From positions 1-19,056 of IMG/VR virus record IMGVR_UViG_2713896899_000019: a stretch of 19,056 nucleotides of DNA; one strand, 5' to 3'. The number at the start of each line of letters is the position of its first letter. Within the stretch, counting starts at the first letter, position 1. This document shows, one piece after another, positions 15,538 through 19,056 of this stretch. Under the pieces are notes generated by a model. It had not been told where the DNA came from, ran no database searches, and was given only the letters and a program-made list of their open reading frames with translations. The translations under genes and the position numbers were made by a program. This stretch comes from a virus (lineage: Duplodnaviria; Heunggongvirae; Uroviricota; Caudoviricetes).

Positions 15538-15998
15538 GCAGAGTCGCCGCGATTATTTATGCTCTGGTTATCTGCATCATCGTCTGCCTGTCGTGGGCGG
15601 TCAATCATTACCGTGATAACGCCATCGCCTACAAAGAACAGCGTGATAAAAAAGTCAGTGAGCTGAAGCAGGCGATCGCCACCATCGCTGACATGCAGCA
15701 GCGTCAGCGTGATGTTGCTGCTCTCGATGCAAAGTACTCGAGAGAATTAGCCAATGCGAAAGCTGAAAATGAAACTCTGCGCGCTGATGTTGCCGCTGGT
15801 CGTCGTCGGTTGCACATCAAAGCAGTCTGTCAGTCAGTGCGTGAAGCCACCACCGCCTCCGGCGTGGATAATGCAACCAGCCCCCGACTGGAAGACACCG
15901 CTGAACGGGATTATTTCACCCTCAGAGAGCGGCTGATGACGATGCAGATGCAACTGGAAGGGGCACAGGAGTATATCCGCACTCAGTGCATTAAGTAG
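15534..15998 (+). CDS. Rz: Rz i-spanin
   Basis: GTG start overlapping the endolysin stop (GTGA). N-terminal transmembrane segment [25 protein letters not shown] followed by a coiled-coil-like region; strongly resembles lambda Rz. The ORF track gives an alternative TTG start at 15519. Confidence 0.8.
   Translation: MSRVAAIIYALVICIIVCLSWAVNHYRDNAIAYKEQRDKKVSELKQAIATIADMQQRQRDVAALDAKYSRELANAKAENETLRADVAAGRRRLHIKAVCQSVREATTASGVDNATSPRLEDTAERDYFTLRERLMTMQMQLEGAQEYIRTQCIK
15754..15936 (+). CDS. Rz1: Rz1 o-spanin lipoprotein (embedded in Rz, +1 frame)
   Basis: 60 aa. Signal peptide with lipobox LVVVGC, proline-rich PPPPPAW; lies entirely within Rz, as in lambda. Confidence 0.75.
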   Translation: MRKLKMKLCALMLPLVVVGCTSKQSVSQCVKPPPPPAWIMQPAPDWKTPLNGIISPSESG

Positions 15999-16040
15999 CC
16001 TTTTTATCGTGGTAAACATTTCGCAGGGTATGAGGTATTT

Positions 16041-16391
16041 ATGCCATCACTAATTCCACGTGCCTGCCGTAAGCGTGGATGTGCAGGTACAACCACAGAC
16101 AGTTCTGGTTACTGCGATAAACATCGTGGCGAAGGATGGGTACAGCATCAACGCGGACTGAGTCGCCACCAGCGTGGCTATGGCTCGAAATGGGATGCCA
16201 TACGTGCGCGCATACTGAAGCGTGATAATCATCTGTGTCAGAACTGCCTGCGCAATGGGAGAGCCGTTGAAGCCAGAACTGTGGACCACATCATTCCGAA
16301 AGCTCATGGTGGCACGGATGCAGACAGTAACCTGCAGAGTCTGTGCTGGCCCTGTCATAAAGCAAAAACAGCGCGCGAACGCATCAATTGA
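16041..16391 (+). CDS. HNH endonuclease (terminase-associated)
   Basis: 116 aa. HNH motif DHIIPKAHGGTDADSNLQSLCWPCHKAKT with flanking Cys pairs. Positioned immediately upstream of terS, as in HK97-type cos phages. Confidence 0.85.
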   Translation: MPSLIPRACRKRGCAGTTTDSSGYCDKHRGEGWVQHQRGLSRHQRGYGSKWDAIRARILKRDNHLCQNCLRNGRAVEARTVDHIIPKAHGGTDADSNLQSLCWPCHKAKTARERIN

Positions 16392-16414
16392 TAACAGTTC
16401 CCATCTGTAGGGGA

Positions 16415-16480
16415 GGGGCGGGTCAAATCTCTGCAGCCCTGGCTGCTCAGTACCGCCGCCTGACCCTTCCTCACATCGCC
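16415..16480. other. Candidate cos/packaging recognition region
   Basis: Intergenic stretch between HNH and terS. GC-rich imperfect inverted repeat GAGGGGCGGGTCA … TGACCCTTCCTC with GGGTCA/TGACCC arms, about 37 bp apart. Assignment is positional inference. Confidence 0.3.
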
Positions 16481-16539
16481 GCAGGTTCGAAAACTTTTTT
16501 TTGGAAATGTGATTAAACGATTGATAGGTAAAACCGATT

Positions 16540-17022
16540 ATGCCAGGACCCCCGAAAACCCCGCCACGCCTGCATTTGATACGAGGCAACCCCTCAAAAC
16601 GCCCCGTTAAAGACCCCAAAAAAACCGCTAAAAAGGATGAAAAAGGTCTCCCTAAAATTCCGCAACATTTAGGGGCACAGGGGAAGTACTGGTTCAGGCG
16701 AATGGCGGAAGAATTGAATGCGGAAGGGATCATTTCTCAGCTTGATGCGCGTGCACTCGAGTTACTGGTGGAAGCCTACACCGAATACCGGCATCACTGC
16801 GAAACACTCGATGTTGAGGGTTATACCTACCGCACGGAAACGCAGAATGGCGATGTGATGATCAAGGCACATCCGGCTGCGGCGATGAAGGCGGATGCCT
16901 GGAAGCGGATCCGGGCGATGCTTGCAGAGTTTGGTATGTCACCGGCAAGCCGGGCTAAAGTAAATACCGCCGGACCGGATGATGTTGATCCACTGGCAGA
17001 GCTTTTAAAAGCGAGAGACTGA
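16540..17022 (+). CDS. terS: Terminase small subunit (P27-family-like)
   Basis: 160 aa, immediately upstream of terL with overlapping stop/start. Sequence pattern matches my recollection of P27-type small terminases. Confidence 0.75.
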   Translation: MPGPPKTPPRLHLIRGNPSKRPVKDPKKTAKKDEKGLPKIPQHLGAQGKYWFRRMAEELNAEGIISQLDARALELLVEAYTEYRHHCETLDVEGYTYRTETQNGDVMIKAHPAAAMKADAWKRIRAMLAEFGMSPASRAKVNTAGPDDVDPLAELLKARD

Positions 17023-18779
17023 TGGCAAAAGTGGCTGACGGGATCCGTTACGCCGAACGTGTTGTTGCAGGAGAAATTGTTGCTGGCGAATTTGTCCGTC
17101 TGGCCTGCCAGCGTTTTCTTGATGATCTGAAGTACGGCGAAGAGCGGGGGATTTATTTCAGTGAACCCCGTGCACAGCACATCCTGAATTTCTACAAATT
17201 TGTGCCCCATGTGAAAGGGGCGCTGGCAGGCCAGCCCATTGAGTTGATGGACTGGCATGTATTTATCCTCATTAATATTTTTGGTTTTGTCATTCCGCTG
17301 GTGAATGAAGAGACCGGGGAAGTTGTCATGCGCAGCGATGGCAGCGGACGCCCGGTGATGGTGCGCCGGTTCCGGACGGCGTACAACGAAGTCGCCCGTA
17401 AAAACGCAAAATCAACCCTGTCATCGGGTATCGGCCTGTATATGACGGGGGCAGATGGTGAAGGCGGTGCTGAGGTGTATTCAGCCGCAACCACGCGTGA
17501 CCAGGCCAGAATCGTGTTTGAAGACGCCAAAAATATGGTCAGAAAAGCCCGGTCGACACTCGGGCGGTTGTTTGATTTCAACAAGCTGGCGATTTACCAG
17601 GAGCAGAGCGCATCAAAATTTGAACCGCTTTCCTCGGATGCAAACAACCTGGATGGTCTGAACATCCACTGCGCCATTATTGATGAGCTGCATGCACATA
17701 AAACCCGTGACGTGTGGGACGTTCTGGAAACGGCAACCGGTGCCCGTCTGCAGTCCCTGTTATTTGGCATCACCACGGCTGGCTTTAACAAGGAAGGGAT
17801 TTGTTACGAGCAACGCGATTACGCCATCAAGGTATTGCGAGGCTATAACAGCGACGTGGAGGGCGCGGTAAAAGACGACTCCTACTTTGCAATTATTTAC
17901 ACGCTCGATGAGGGAGATGATCCGTTTGATGAAACGGTCTGGCAGAAAGCGAATCCCGGCCTGGGCATCTGTAAACGCTGGGATGATCTGCGTCGTCTGG
18001 CGAAAAAAGCGAAGGAACAGGTCTCTGCGCGGGTGAATTTTTTCACGAAACACATGAATGTGTGGGTCACTGCCGAATCTGCCTGGATGGACATGATTAA
18101 GTGGGAGAAGTGCGAATACATTGCTCCACAGCATGAGCTGAAAACATATCCCATGTGGGTCGGCGTCGACCTTGCTCATAAGATTGATATCTGTGCGGCG
18201 GCAAAGCTCTGGCGAACCGATAACGGACATGTTCATGCCGATTTTAAATTCTGGCTTCCGGAAGGACGGCTGGAACGATGCTCGCGGCAGCAGGCAGAAC
18301 TTTACCGGAAGTGGGCAGAGATGGGGAAACTCATCCTGACGGATGGTGATGTTATCTATCATGCTCAGATAAAAAGTGACTTACTGGAATGGATTGGTGG
18401 TGAAAACCTGAGGGAACTGGGATTTGACCCGTGGAGTGCAATGCAGTTCAGTCTGGCGCTGGCTGAAGAAGGGATACCGCTGGTGGAAGTTCCGCAGACG
18501 GTCCGCAATCTGTCAGAGGCCATGAAGGAAACGGAATCACTGGTCTATGCCGGGCGTTTCCATCACAGCAATCATCCGGTCATGAACTGGATGATGTCTA
18601 ACGTTACGGTAAAACCGGACAAAAACGACAACATCTTCCCGAATAAATCCACGCCGGAAGCCAAAATCGACGGCCCTGTTGCGATGTTTACAGCAATGAG
18701 CCGGATGCTGGTCAATGGCGGTGAACCGGAGCCGGATCTGTCTGAACATCTGATTAGTGTTGGTATCCGCTCGCTTTAA
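17022..18779 (+). CDS. terL: Terminase large subunit
   Basis: 585 aa, located after terS and before the portal start. Size and synteny are typical of HK97-like TerL; no motif was aligned. Confidence 0.85.
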   Translation: MAKVADGIRYAERVVAGEIVAGEFVRLACQRFLDDLKYGEERGIYFSEPRAQHILNFYKFVPHVKGALAGQPIELMDWHVFILINIFGFVIPLVNEETGEVVMRSDGSGRPVMVRRFRTAYNEVARKNAKSTLSSGIGLYMTGADGEGGAEVYSAATTRDQARIVFEDAKNMVRKARSTLGRLFDFNKLAIYQEQSASKFEPLSSDANNLDGLNIHCAIIDELHAHKTRDVWDVLETATGARLQSLLFGITTAGFNKEGICYEQRDYAIKVLRGYNSDVEGAVKDDSYFAIIYTLDEGDDPFDETVWQKANPGLGICKRWDDLRRLAKKAKEQVSARVNFFTKHMNVWVTAESAWMDMIKWEKCEYIAPQHELKTYPMWVGVDLAHKIDICAAAKLWRTDNGHVHADFKFWLPEGRLERCSRQQAELYRKWAEMGKLILTDGDVIYHAQIKSDLLEWIGGENLRELGFDPWSAMQFSLALAEEGIPLVEVPQTVRNLSEAMKETESLVYAGRFHHSNHPVMNWMMSNVTVKPDKNDNIFPNKSTPEAKIDGPVAMFTAMSRMLVNGGEPEPDLSEHLISVGIRSL

Positions 18780-18790
18780 CCGAGGACATT

Positions 18791-18973
18791 ATGTTTCTGA
18801 TAATTCTCGCGCCACTGGTGGGCGTGCTGGGTGCGCTTTTGCTGGCGTATGGTGCCTGGCTGATTTATCCCCCGGCGGGTTTTGTTGTTGCCGGGGCGCT
18901 GTGCCTGTTCTGGTCGTGGCTGGTGGCGCGATATCTCGACCGTACACAGCCGTCTGTCGGCGGAGGTAAATAG
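18791..18973 (+). CDS. Small hydrophobic protein (60 aa) between terL and portal
   Basis: ORF with GAGGA upstream of the ATG; two hydrophobic segments; stop overlaps the GTG of the next gene. Confidence 0.4.
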   Translation: MFLIILAPLVGVLGALLLAYGAWLIYPPAGFVVAGALCLFWSWLVARYLDRTQPSVGGGK

Positions 18974-19056
18974 TGTTCTTTTCGGGATTATTTCAACGAA
19001 AAAGTGACGCGCCGGTGACCACGCCAGCAGAGCTGGCGGATGCTATCGGGCTGTCA
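18973..19056 (+). CDS. Portal protein, 5' end only (truncated by window edge)
   Basis: GTG at 18973-18975 preceded by GGAGG. Reads [28 protein letters not shown] to the window end. Portal assignment is by synteny after terL. Confidence 0.4.
   Translation, partial: MFFSGLFQRKSDAPVTTPAELADAIGLS

Larger units (their letters stand above)
1..19056. mobile_element. Lambdoid prophage, left arm (integrase through start of portal gene)
   Basis: Canonical order int-xis-early left operon-cI-cro-replication-Q-lysis-HNH-terS-terL-portal. Leftward genes are packed with overlapping stop/start junctions. Both ends are cut by the window. Confidence 0.85.

Noticed and set aside
16478-16500. tRNA-like GGTTCGAA T-loop motif followed by a T8 run
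   Set aside because: No flanking complementarity that would form a T-arm or acceptor stem, so not a tRNA. Too little stem for a confident terminator call either.
16050-16733. 227-aa minus-strand ORF spanning the HNH gene, the intergenic region and the start of terS
   Set aside because: It overlaps two plus-strand genes with recognisable motifs and crosses an intergenic region; its translation is Cys/Gly/Phe-rich and low-complexity-like.
17760-18362. 200-aa minus-strand ORF inside terL
   Set aside because: Antisense to the large terminase gene, which is supported by size and synteny; no independent support.
1-19056. CRISPR arrays, rRNA/tRNA genes, IS transposases
   Set aside because: No regularly spaced direct repeats, no cloverleaf-compatible or rRNA-like segments, and no transposase-like ORF were seen on reading the window.

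Overview
This window reads as the left ~19 kb of a lambdoid prophage (lambda/phage-21/HK97-type mosaic) from an enteric host, with the integrase stop codon at window bases 1-3, so attL lies just outside. Gene order is canonical: int and xis, then a tightly packed leftward early operon of mostly unknown small genes (2-6.5 kb, minus strand), a LexA-like cI repressor, a cro-like gene, a helicase plus Toprim-primase replication module, a Q-like protein, a phage-21-type lysis cassette, an HNH endonuclease, small and large terminase, and the first codons of a portal gene. The best candidates for undescribed accessory functions are an AT-rich, reverse-oriented 310-aa gene between the late promoter/terminator and the holin, an extra gene between holin and endolysin, an AT-rich three-gene cluster at the head of the leftward operon, and an inverted-repeat-flanked non-coding element upstream of a small nuclease-like gene. 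All calls come from reading the sequence and the supplied ORF translations; no database search was run, and family names rest on motifs I recognise rather than alignments.
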